From assembly GCA_964035545.1 (NCBI GenBank), contig OZ037771.1, positions 8,735,408-8,799,407 on the forward strand: a stretch of 64,000 nucleotides of DNA, given 5' to 3'. The DNA comes from Bugula neritina. Taxonomy: Eukaryota > Animalia > Bryozoa. Of this stretch, positions 1 through 12,189 are shown piece after piece (the first letter of the stretch is position 1; every line of letters starts with the position of its first letter). Under the pieces are notes generated by a model. That model searched no databases. It was not told the origin of the DNA and was given only the letters and a program-made list of their open reading frames with translations. Made by a program: the position numbers and the translations under genes.

Positions 1-772
1 AGTCTAAACAAAGTCATAGCCAAAAGAGTCCTGTCAAATAGAAACCATGATAACAGCCATAAGCGGAATTCACCTACTCGCAAGCCTGATGAGCAGACAA
101 CAACATTTCTTGCCTCAAAAAATCAAGTCACACCAGCTAACATACCACATGACCTCTCAAAACCTAAGCGTAGGTATCCATGCCTGATGTGTAACATGGA
201 CAACCATGGCACTGGCATCTGTTTCAACCGTGAAAAATTACCTCATTCAGACATAGAAAAATTCTTTGACGATAATAACCTTTGTTATTCTTGTGCAAAG
301 CCGAGACACAAAATGGATAAATCTCGCCACCCTGCGATATGCACTAAAAAGGACTGTGAACAAAAACATCTTGCTGTGTTCCACAAGTACTACAATAGAG
401 GCAGTGAAAATAAGACCTCTCAACCAAATAAACAATCCAATAACAATCAAATTTGAGGCAGCAAAAATAAGCCCTCCACTCAAAACTCAACTTCCAATTC
501 AGGTATGGTGAATAAAAAACCTTTTAACTGAACAACCACAATAATCCAAACTCAAATCAAGGCAACGAAAATAAGCCAACACCAGCCACTGTACGTAACT
601 GCGCCGAAAATAAGACAGCATACCTCGCCTCATGGACCATTCCAATGTATGTATCATCAATAGAAAATCCCGACCATGAAGTCCTAATATATGCTCTACT
701 AAACTCTGGTTCTAACCACACATTCATTACTCATGACAATATTCATACACTCAATGCTACTACTCATGATAT
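1..772 (+). mobile_element. BEL/Pao LTR retrotransposon relic (Gag zinc-knuckle region and degenerate protease)
   Basis: Frame open from 1 to 456 encodes CLMCNMDNHGTGIC...LCYSCAKPRHKMDKS...CTKKDCEQKHLAVFH, the triple Cys/His knuckle pattern of BEL/Pao Gag. After stops/frameshift, YALLNSGSNHTFIT (~690-730) is a protease ALLDSGS motif with D->N. Truncated at ~772. Confidence 0.75.
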
Positions 773-878
773 CAGGTACCAGGGCGCAATGCCCCAGTTT
801 TTTCGTCACAAAAATTTCGTTATTCTGAAGGTTGTGTAAGAGATAGAAACAACAAAGTGATACCTATAATAGACAATA
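773..878 (+). repeat. Internal fragment of the TA-flanked DNA transposon family seen at 17842-19149
   Basis: ggtaccagggcgcaatg...ttattctgaaggttgtgtaagagatagaaacaacaaagtgatacctataatagacaa aligns by eye (roughly 80%) with 18947-19046. Confidence 0.7.
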
Positions 879-891
879 AAGGATGACTTAC

Positions 892-3800
892 ATGCCCACA
901 GACCAGTCTTGTTATACGCGTAGGTCATGTTGAAGTTGTTTGGCCATGATATATACATGTGGGAAAGCTTGTTGGGAATTCTGAAATTTTCATCTGACAG
1001 CTGGCCTTCTAATATACTTTTTAAAACAGGTTTAACAGTTGCCAACCACACTCCTACAACATGATGGGTCAACTTTTGCTATGAGAATAATTTTCATCAT
1101 TTTGAAGAAAAGAATTAATAATCTAGATAAGTAACATGTTGCACATCTATTGAGTAATATAATTATGTTGTATATCAATTAGATATTATATTATTATTAT
1201 ATGTCATATGTTAAAAGCTACAATCAAGTTGTTTTTAGATGCAGATATCGTAAGCAGAGGAACAGTTGAACCAGTATATATAACATATTTATATATAACA
1301 TACATACCAGTTGGAAACTCTTGAAAAATAAGATTTGGAACACCCAGCTCATCAGATTCTCTCCAACACCGCTCACAAAACATGTTTCTGTAGAGGTATG
1401 CATCAGAGGACTGATTTTTGATATTATAAGATGGTCCAAACTCGCACAGCCGTCTAATCTCTTCATTGCCATAAGTTTCGGGACATTTACTAATTAAGTG
1501 ACTACAGCCTCTTCTGTGGACATGAATTTCTGTAGCAACATGCTTCACCCAACAGTCTCTATATCAAATAAACCAGTTATGTTAACGGCACCAATCAGGG
1601 ACTAGATATTATATCAGCAGCACCAATTAAGGTTTAAGTACAAAACTTGTCTTCATTAAAAACAATAATTGATTTCACAGTGCCGTGTTGTTAATAATGT
1701 AAAAAAATCTAAAATATGCAGAACTTCATCTCACTTAAAAAGTTACTAAGTTTGATTTTGATTTCAAGTTTGTAAAATATTGTTGCTGTGCCAAGACTTA
1801 GGACCTAGATCTCAGCATAGCCTGCGCTCTACAATATTTTATACTATGCTGAAAACTAATTAGAAAACTTATGATAGTCAAAAAATGCATTTCTAACCCC
1901 ATTAGCATAAAATTCTTCTATATAAATGGTATATTATACTTGCACACCTTACGTATATTTCTATAATATGTGTAATGTATAATATATGTGTAATAGAATA
2001 AATTAGGCAGAGAACATAACTGTTCGTATGAAGAGAGATAAGAGAAGTTTTTTAGTGCTAGTAAAGTGGTATTTATTGTATTAAGTGTAGATGCTTCTGC
2101 CAAGAGCTCACAGTTGTAGACTGAACTACAACTGAGAGCATGTCTCTCTATATAGTGCAATTAAAACATTTGTTCCAGAAAGTTCAGCAGATATTAGGTC
2201 AAACAATTGGCAGGTCCTGGTTTCTAATCGAAAGTCAATAAACTATTCACTACTCTAGGAGCTTAACTATAATTACAATATTCAAGGCATTCAGAAAGCT
2301 CAGAAAGAGTTAATTATAATAATGATAATAACAACAACAACAACAACAACGCAAATAGTTACTAGAACTTTTCAGAACCTAGTGATGAAAACTTTCAAGA
2401 GCCATTACACTATGTGTGTAATCTGACATATAATATGTAATGTCTGTCAACTGTCATTATATAAGACAGGAAAATTGTCAACATCTATTAATAAATTGTA
2501 ATTAAAAGTTCTAACTTTAAATAATATTTAGAGGACCTGCTCCGTACTTGCAGTTTCTGATTAGTAGGAACAAGCCACAAATACGGAGGTAGGTGCAATA
2601 ATAGATAACAGCATGAGTTTCAGATGTGTAATCTAGCAAAGGAAATTATGTTCTTGCTAAAGCAAGACTTCTAACTTACATCCTTTAAAACAAATATTTA
2701 TTGAGATTAAAGATTTAAAGCTATTGGGAAGGTAAAATATGTTCAAAAGATAGTTTCAGACTTCTATGATTTATGATATCAATGGAGTTGTGTCCCCAAC
2801 TATGTTGGAATCCTCAGAGCTTATATAACAATGAGCTCCACAATAAAAGCTCACCTTTGTCGCAGCAAGTTTTGCAACTTAAGAATGTCAAATTTATTGC
2901 TCTCTATTTCTTGAATAGTCTCGTTGGTGCAGTAAATCCGTGTGGTCCAAAACTCTATGGCAAGCAAAGGGTCGAATGAAAGCATAGGTCCACCAAAATT
3001 TGGGTTTAATGCTCTATTACATATTGCACAGTACATGTTACTGTAGGTAATACCAGTATAGGTTCCAGTCACAGGCCACTGCTCTATAATGGCTTTCTTA
3101 GGTGAACAACCTAAAAATATAGCATTATTCAGGCTACATTAGCTTTGAATCAAACTATTTAGAGAAGAATACTGCAGAAATAACAAATGGCTCTGATCTC
3201 TATAATTAATATTAATTATAATTTGTGATTTATTTAGTAGCATACATAACCATTATCATATTGTGGTAGATTTTAGTGGTGCAATTATTATTGTATTAAT
3301 CGAAAAGGTTCACTCTATATTGTTTATTATCTTGTGAGTTCGACACTGTCGGAGTGTAGCTATGGACAGCAGTGGCACCACTAGTAACCACCAATCAGGA
3401 CAGTCACACTAATTGATAGCAGGTGGAGCTAGCTATTCCTAGTTGCAGTGCGCTGAGTAGCTAGCCGGCAGAGCAGCTTGGGACTTCATTTAGAGTAGTT
3501 GTGTATTAAAGCTCACTAATTATGTAATCGTTTTCTATTCATGCTAGCAGTAAATAACCTTCTTGTATTTGTGTAAATAATAAAGTATCTTATCGTCAAC
3601 AACCTGGTGCAGTGGCTTTGATTAAGTAGACCCACACATAATAATAGTGAACTGGCAAAATTCACTACACTGGTGGCAGCGGTGGGATTCCACTTAATAC
3701 AAATGCCCCTAGCCAGGGAGTAAGATGGCCGACGAAGTCGTCGACGCGCCCCGACAGGAGCCAGCAGCAATAGAGGAGGATCACATAGGCGGCCCAGCGC

Positions 3801-6800
3801 TGCCTATGGACAGGTACCACTTGCGGGCTCCCATCTTCTCAGGAGAAGAAGATGTGGAGCAATTCATCACTGAGTTCAGTGATGTGGCGGACATCTGCGG
3901 ATGGCCGAACAGGGTTACTCTGATCCAGCTGCGGTTGTGTCTGACAGGGCCGGCTAAACCCTTTGGGATAAGCCAGAATGTCGGTGACATATTTGAAGCA
4001 ATACGAGCTAGGTTTGGATTAACCGCTCGAGATGCTCGCGTGCAACTGCAGAGTCTTAGGAGAAATCCTAAGACCAATCTGCGAGAGCACGCTACCGTAG
4101 TCGAACGACTGGCACAAGTTGCTTACAGCGACTTGCCTGCCGACGGTCGACAGAGCCTAGCACTGGATGCATTCCTCCAGTCTATTAACAACCTCGGTCT
4201 GAAACAGCATCTGCTGGTGGCCGAAGTTGAGACTATGGAGAGAGCTCTAAGGCTTGGGAATGCCTATTTCCAAGCCGACAGTGCAAGTCGACCTGGTGCG
4301 ACAGTGCAGCAAGTCGGGGCAGACGACGTGTCGACGTCGCCAGCGAAGACAGCTGTACAGGTCGCAGCGGCAGCAGCAGACGAATCTAGCTTAACCACGA
4401 GCTTGATTCGAGAACTGCTAGCCGAGATCAGGCAACTGCGCCAGCAGGCGACAGCCGAGAGACCCAAGAGGTCGTCGGTAGCTGTCGACGACAGGCGCGG
4501 CCCCGTATGCTGGGGCTGTGGTAGTGGTGGGCACTTCCTACAAAGTTGCCCCCGCGGCAGTGGAAGGCGGTTAAACAGCGACGGCCCACGGTAACTTCCG
4601 CCTACCGTGGGCCGCAGTTTAACCTCCCAAGGCAGAGGCTACGGCCCCCACCCCACCGGGTGAGGAGGCCGCCTTCGCCAGAGTGGCAAGCCCCAAGGAG
4701 AGTGAGTCGGCCGCAAGGCCCACCAATACCTCCGGCTTGGGCACTCAAAAACCGCTTTGAAGGTTTGCTTGATGAGGGAGTGAACGACGAATGGGAGCAC
4801 AACAGGGATTTTCCTCGGTTGTTCACACGAGCATCAGTCCGAGAATTCACTCGGCCGCCCGTGTGTGAGCGAGACCGAGACGTACCCTGCCCGCCCATGC
4901 AACGTCGACGACCCCCTCGCAACCGAAAAGCACAGGTGCATCCCCAACTCCATGCACATGAGGTGTCGCCTCAAGAGACAAACCGCTCAGTGAGCGCTCA
5001 GCCATATGGACGCAGCTATTTCCTCCCAAATCTACTGAGTCGACGTCTCTTCGACACTCTCAGTGCCAGGGACAGGGCTAGCCTAGAACCATATGAAGGG
5101 GAGCACGGCACGTTGGGGGACGGGTCGTGTATTCCTTTCTATGGGGTAATCCAGTTGACTGGTAGAGTCCGTGATCAGATGATCAGCGAGACCTTCATCG
5201 TCAGTCAACTCAAGGAGGATGCCATTTTGGGCATGCCATTTCTGAAACGACACAGGTGCTACATAGACTTTAGCAAGTCGGCAGTAGTGATGGCGGGGCG
5301 TGAGCTGGCCTGTGTCGACCGATTTGGCCGACCCTTGGTGGGGGGAGTGCAGGTGGTACAGCGCTGTACTGTACCTGGGCGCTCCCGGGCTACAGTTCGC
5401 TGCAGAGTGAACTGTAGGGAAATCTCTGAGCTCGGAGTGGTGGAAGGTGCACTGGGGGGCGTCCAGCTCGCTAACAGTCTGAATAGACTGGATGAGCGGG
5501 GGGAGTTCCTGGTCCAGTGCGTAAACCCTTTCACGGAGCCGGTAGAATTACCGGCTGGGTCTCTAGTAGGGAAGTTCCACTCCGTGCAAGAGGAGGATGT
5601 AGGGCCCGCGCTGGAAACAGCGGACGACGCCCGGGGAGTACCCACTAGAGACGGCAGGGGGCCGGTGCCTGAACACGTAGCAGAGTTGTACGAGGATGCC
5701 TGTGATGGTTGTGAGAGCAAGCGAGAACGCCTGGAGATGGCGCGGCTACTCTCTGAGTACAAAGACGTGTTCAGTTGCGGCGACCATGACATGGGTCTGA
5801 CTGAGACTGTCCGTCATGAGATACCCCTAGCGGCGGGGACGGTGCCGATTCGGCAGCCGACCCGCCGGTTAGGTCCTGAGAAGGAGAGAGAAGTGAGCCG
5901 TCAGGTGCAAGACCTTCTTAACCGGGACCTGATTGAGCCAGGCCATGGGGCCTGGAGTTCTCCAGTCGTCCTGGTTCGGAAAAAGGATGGTAGCTGGAGG
6001 TTTTGCGTTGACTATCGCAGGCTGAACAGCGTGACCATCCAGGATGCTTACCCTCTCCCGAGGATCGATGAGTCGCTCGATGCCTTAGCTGGTAGCAAGT
6101 TCTTCAGCACGTTGGACTTGCTAAGCGGGTATTGGCAGGTGCCCCTGAGTCCTGAAGCACAGGACAAGGCCGCGTTTATAACGCGGGATGGGCTCTGGAA
6201 ATGGAAGGTGTTGCCATTCGGACTTACGTCCGCACCAGCCACCTTCCAGCGACTCATGGAGCAGGTCCTGAGTGGACTGCACTGGAAGACCTTGCTCATC
6301 TATCTCGATGATGTCATCGTCATCTCCCCCGACTTCGACACACATGTCAGTCGACTCAGGGAGGTGTTCGACAGACTCCGAGCTGCTAACCTGAAGCTAA
6401 AGCCCTCGAAGTGTGCATTACTGCAATGCGAGGTCAAGTACCTGGGCCATGTAGTTGGTCGAGACGGGGTCGCCATCGACCCCGAGAAGGTACGGGCCGT
6501 GAGGGACTGGGCCGTTCCTGTCGACCTCTCTGAATTGCGGGCGTTCCTGGGGCTGGTCGGGTACTATCGTCAGTACATACCAGACTTCGCCGGAATTGCA
6601 CAGCCGTTAAATCGGCTGACCGCAAATGGGGTGCGATGGCAGTGGACGCAGGCTGAGCAGAAGGCATTTGACCACCTGAAGGATCGCCTGGTGGAAGCAC
6701 TCATCTTGGCGTATCCTGACCCTGCGAAGGAGTACATTTTGGATACTGATGCCAGTAACCATAATGTGGGGGCTGTGCTATCGCAGGTCCAAGATGGTCG

Positions 6801-9800
6801 CGAGGTGGTGGTGGCTTACTATAGCAAGGCCCTGTCGGCGCCTGAGAAGAACTACTGTACAACCAGGAGAGAACTCTTGGCAGTAGTCAAGGCGGTCAAA
6901 CACTTTAGACCATATCTATATGGGCGCACATTCCGGCTTCGGACGGATCATGCGTCCCTGATATGGCTGTGTCGACGGGCAGAACCATCAAGCCAAGTGG
7001 CGCGCTGGCTAGAGATCCTGGCAGAGTTTTCTTATTGGATCGAGCATCGACCCGGTAAGAAACACGGTAATGCAGATGGACTCAGCCGCCGCCAGGCAGA
7101 TGGGTGTAAGCAATGCCAGAATATCGAGCGCAGGGATGGTGGACCCCCTCGCTCGGACGTCGAAGCGCAGTTGGGGAAAGCGGGTGTGTACAGCTGGAAA
7201 GAAGGGCAACTCCTGTCCAAATCGCCCAACAAAGCTGTTAACAACCTTCACGCAAACCCCACGTTGCTTCGGAACGTCAGGGAGCTATGTCGGCTCCAGT
7301 CTACGCTACCAGGAGTGGTAGCTGACCTAGTCCGGGCCAAGAAGGAGGGACGGCGGCCGAGTGAGGCCGAACAGCGAGTGAAGAGTACTGAGTTTAAGTA
7401 TTTCTGTGACCGCTGGGACTCCCTCAGGTTCAACAGCGATGGGCTGCTAACGATCACGTTGGCAGCCGGCACCAATCGCAGTGAACGAGAGAGGGTAGTC
7501 TGCCCGTCAGCTCTGAGGCGGGAGTTGATCTGGGACACCCATAAGCAAGCTCACGCAGGAGCTAGCCGGGTGATCAGGTGTCTTCAACTCCAGTGGTTTT
7601 GGCCCGGTATGACCCGGGATGTCCGACTCCGGGTGCGGAAGTGCGAGGTGTGCCAAGCTAGCAAGCATGGCCGCCCCACTGAGACCGCAGAGAGGCGTCG
7701 CCTCCATGCCGGTCGTCCGTGGCAGGTGGTTGCTGTCGATCTGGTAGGCCTCATGCCCACAACAGCGCGAGGTAATAACTGGATACTGGTATTAACTGAC
7801 CATTTCACGCGGTGGGCTGATGCACTGGCTATTCCAGATGCGTCGGCCCCTCGGTGGCCAGAGCCTTGGATCAGCAGGTGTTCTGCTATTTCGGCTTGCC
7901 GGAGCAGATACACTCTGACCAAGGCGTCCAGTTTCAGTCGCAACTTATGAGCGATCTCTGTAAAGTGTGGGGGGTAAACCAAAGTCGGACGACCCCGTAT
8001 CACCCGCAAGGGAACGGGGTTGTGGAGCGGATCAACCGAATGCTAGGGGACTCTCTGAGAAGCCTGCTTATCGGTAGGAGCCAGGAAGAGTGGGACTTGG
8101 TGTTGCCGCAGATCATGCGAGCGTACCGTAGTACCCCTCACTCCAGTACACTGGAGACCCCTAATTTTCTCATGCTGGGGAGAGAAACAAGGGTTCCTGA
8201 GCACGTAACCTATCATGTTCCGACTTCCGAGAGCAATGTCCACGATTACGTGGACAAACTCGTAAAACGCATGGGGACGGCTCACGAGGTGCTACGTGAG
8301 CAGCAGTGGCAGGCCAGGAGTAGTGACTCTGATGACCCACCTTTATACAAGGTGGGGGACTGGGTCTGGATGACCAGTCATCGCCGCAGGCGCGGACAGG
8401 CAGCCAAGTTGCAGCCGAAGTTCGTAGGTCCCTACTGCGTAATTGAGGTAATGCCAAACCATACATACAAAGTGGAACGGTCTGGACAAGTGTCGGTCTA
8501 GAACGAGGCACGGCTAAAACCTCACTGGGCAAGTCCTGATGCGGCAGGTCAAGCACCTCCTCTCTTAGAGCCAGCTAGGCGCCCTCCTATGAGGGGGCGA
8601 CCCATGGCGTATCGAGAGATTGAGGAGATACTGCCAGACCAGGACGGGGCGGCTGATGCGTCGGCCGACCAGCCCCAGCCTCCTCCACCCCAGGAAGAGG
8701 AGGTCGACACCCCTGAAGACCTGTCAGAGCCGGCCCCACCACCTGTGGAGCCGGTCGACAGGCCCATCGTCCCGGATGAGATGGAAATTCCTCAAAATCA
8801 TGAGGAAGAGGCAGCTGGGGGAGGACCACCCGTACTGGTGGACCCCCCCGTACTGGCGACACCACCCGTGGTGGAAGAGTCACCAGTCGTAGCAAATTCC
8901 CCAGTGCAGTTGGAGCGTAGGCAACGCACTAGGGCGCCTCCATCTTATTTAAAAGATTTCTTGTGTGATGCAGTGGAAAAACATCCATCAGCTATCATAA
9001 AAGAAATCTGGGGGGACGAGCAATTGAGAGTTGCATTTCCAAGGTATAAGGAGACGCAATTGTGAGTTGCCTACCCCAGTGGTGTGACACAAAACACCAC
9101 CGGGGGTAAGAAAAGAGCGAAGTCAGCTCGCTAGTGAAAGGGGTATTATACAATCACTTTCACTGCGAAAAGCGTTCTTTTCTTATTCAACTGCCAACGT
9201 GCACGCATGTACTTGGCAGGCTGGCGCACTACGTAGCCTAAGTGGGCAGCAGACTAAAGTCAGGGCTGTCTTATGGTAAGTCTACTAGTATAATTCTATT
9301 ACTTAAGTAGAATTCAAGCTGGTAGCCTAAATCAGTCTCGCTTTATCATAACGATAAAGTTGATTTCCCAAGTCAGGTGATTCACTGACGACTTGAGTGG
9401 GGCGGTCGACCACATGATTTAATTATTAATCAGTGGTTAGTGATTGCGAGACTCAGTCGAGGTGTCGTACTGACAGGTGCAAACCCCTTCAACAGTTGTT
9501 GGCATTCTGTTGCAGGTGAGACTGGAATGGCGGGGCCAAATTCCTTCTCATGGCATAGCGCAGTCACATCATTCATCTCAACTTTTGGCTAGATGCTGGC
9601 TGCTTGACTGGACTCTTGTGGCGACATGACAGCAATACTGATGGCTGTCATAACAGAAGTACCAGAGACAACTGACACAGTAGTCGTCTCTCGCGTCTCG
9701 TGTGTAGACACATTCCGGTATAGGCAGAGTAGTTCTTCCCTCTTCTCTCCTGTGGCTACATCCTAATAAGAAAACCGTAAATAATAATAATAAGAAGAAG

Positions 9801-11667
9801 TGATATTAAAGATTCCTGCATGAAGTTAAAAAGTAAAAATAGAAGTTAAGAAGAAGAAGTCCTTCCTTTCCTCCTTTTGGGAATTCGACGGCGACGAGGT
9901 AGACGATGGTAGTGAAGAGACCAGTCAAGCCCCTCCACCTTCCCCTCCTTTGGGGAGATTCCTTCGTACTCTCCAACCCCCTTTTCCTTCTCTCCCCCCT
10001 TTGGGAGAGACTCCTTTGCCACGCTTGATTCTTCTGGGGACTCCTCGACCCCCATCGCTTGGCTTCGACTAGACGAGTGTGAAGCAGTACATCTCCTTCT
10101 CACTAAGTTCATGCTACCCTACATCATTTGGTGAGAGACCCCCCCCCCCTACCCTGTGACTGACCCGGATCGATCGTGTTACAACATGGACATCATTTTG
10201 AATACATATTTTGTGTTCTCTCATTCCTGGTTGTTTTGATCTTTTGTTTTATGTTACTTTTATTCTCTTTTATTTTTTTTTGAGATTATGTGCATCAATC
10301 GTAGAGTGTACTTTTCGATAGGTGTGGCGAGTGTGGTAGATTTTAGTGGTGCAATTATTATTGTATTAATCGAAAAGGTTCACTCTATATTGTTTATTAT
10401 CTTGTGAGTTCGACACTGTCGGAGTGTAGCTATGGACAGCAGTGGCACCACTAGTAACCACTAATCAGGACAGTCACACTAATTGATAGCAGGTGGAGCT
10501 AGCTACTCGTAGTTGCAGTGCGCTGAGTAGCTAGCCGGCAGAGCAGCTTGGGACTTCATTTAGAGTAGTTGTGTATTAAAGCTCACTAATTATGTAATCG
10601 TTTTCTATTCATGCTAGCAGTAAATAACCTTCTTGTATTTGTGTAAATAATAAAGTATCTTATCGTAAACAACCTGGTGCAGTGGCTTTGATTAAGTAGA
10701 CCCACACATAATAATAGTGAACTGGCAAAATTCACTACAATATGATACTAAAACAATAAGTGTCATCAAAGATAAAGAAGCAAAATTATACTCAGGCACC
10801 ACAAATATAAAACCCCTCAAAAAGGCATAAGCAACGTAAGGGAAGGAACATGCGCAACTAAATTCAATACAGTGATGTGATGGGTTTAGGTTGGCAGTGG
10901 TTGGAAAATACCAAAACCGTTTGCAACAGCAGGAGCTTTGCAGTTTGCGTAGAAAGTTTATGCCCCAAATGGCAAGATAACAAGAGACATCTGTAATATA
11001 TTTCATGTTATACAAGATTATTATATATTATATTATCAATACCTACTGCATATTCAATACCATATATCTATGATCTAATGAACAAAAGAGTTAGTTAGGT
11101 CTACAGCATTAATGAGCATAAAACACTGAAGTTAAAAACTCTTTCCTTTAGCCTATACTATAGCCATTATAGCACTGCAGTGTTATCTGCCAAAACGATA
11201 AGGAGACAACAAAGAGAATTACATTGGATTAGTAGACTAAAACTTTGTCACCAAACTCACTCTAGCAGAAGAGTTGAACAGCCTGATATACATAAATATT
11301 CTAGTAGCTAGGTTGATTTTATAGATACCCAAGGCAACACTCCTCAAGAAAAATATAATGTTTAGATTTAATAAATGAGTGTGGTTTTCTGATAGCTAAA
11401 GTTTCCTCCAGGTGTGAACTTGCTGTACATCATCTGCAAATTAGATTAAACCCCTGTGAATAGTTATTCAACTTGTTGGCCTACTTCAGTCTATATTATA
11501 TTAGGACGCTTGGGGCAGGTTTTTTGTTAAACAGTATTTAGATTTTAGAGGATAGGAATGTGAGCCCCTTGTGCTTTGGTGCCTCTGGGGAGAAAACTAT
11601 TATGTGGCAGATTGTGTTGTGAGATAGGTGTGTGTGTTGTGAGATAGGTGTGTGTGTTGTGTGTGTG

Positions 11668-11701
<34 letters not shown>

Positions 11702-12150
11702 CGTGTGTGCGTGTGTGCGTGTGTGCGTGTGTGCGTGTGTGCGTGTGTGCGTGTGTGCGTGTGTGCGTGTGTGCGAGTGTGCGTGTGTGCGTGTGTGCGT
11801 GTGTGCGTGTGTGCGTGTGTGCGTGTGTGCGTGTGTGCGTGTGTGCGTGTGTGCGTGTCTGCGTGTCTGCGTGTCTGCGTGTCTGCGTGTCTGCGTGTCT
11901 GCGTGTCTGCGTGTCTGCGTGTGTGCGTGTGTGCGTGTGTGCGTGTGTCTGTGTCTGCGTGTGCGTGCGCGTGCGCGTGCGCGTGCGCGTGTCTGTGTGT
12001 CTGTGTGTCTGTGTGTCTGTGTGTCTGTGTGTCTGTGTGTCTGTGTGTCTGTGTGTGTGTGTGTCTGTGTGTCTGTGTGTGTGTGTGTGTGTCTGTGTGT
12101 CTGTGTGTCTGTGTGTCTGTGTGTCTGTGTGTCTGTGTGTCTGTGTGTCT

Positions 12151-12189
<39 letters not shown>

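Larger units (their letters stand above)
3262..10739 (+). mobile_element. Full-length Ty3/Gypsy LTR retrotransposon, young but coding-disabled, antisense in intron 2 of the minus-strand gene
   Basis: Two 408-bp TG...CA LTRs, ATAT target-site duplication (3258-3261 and 10740-10743), tRNA-Leu PBS, gag, then pol in PR-RT-RH-IN order. Confidence 0.97.

Noticed and set aside
3781-8895. Many antisense and alternate-frame ORFs inside the Gypsy element
   Set aside because: Shadow ORFs of GC-rich gag/pol coding sequence with no recognisable motifs
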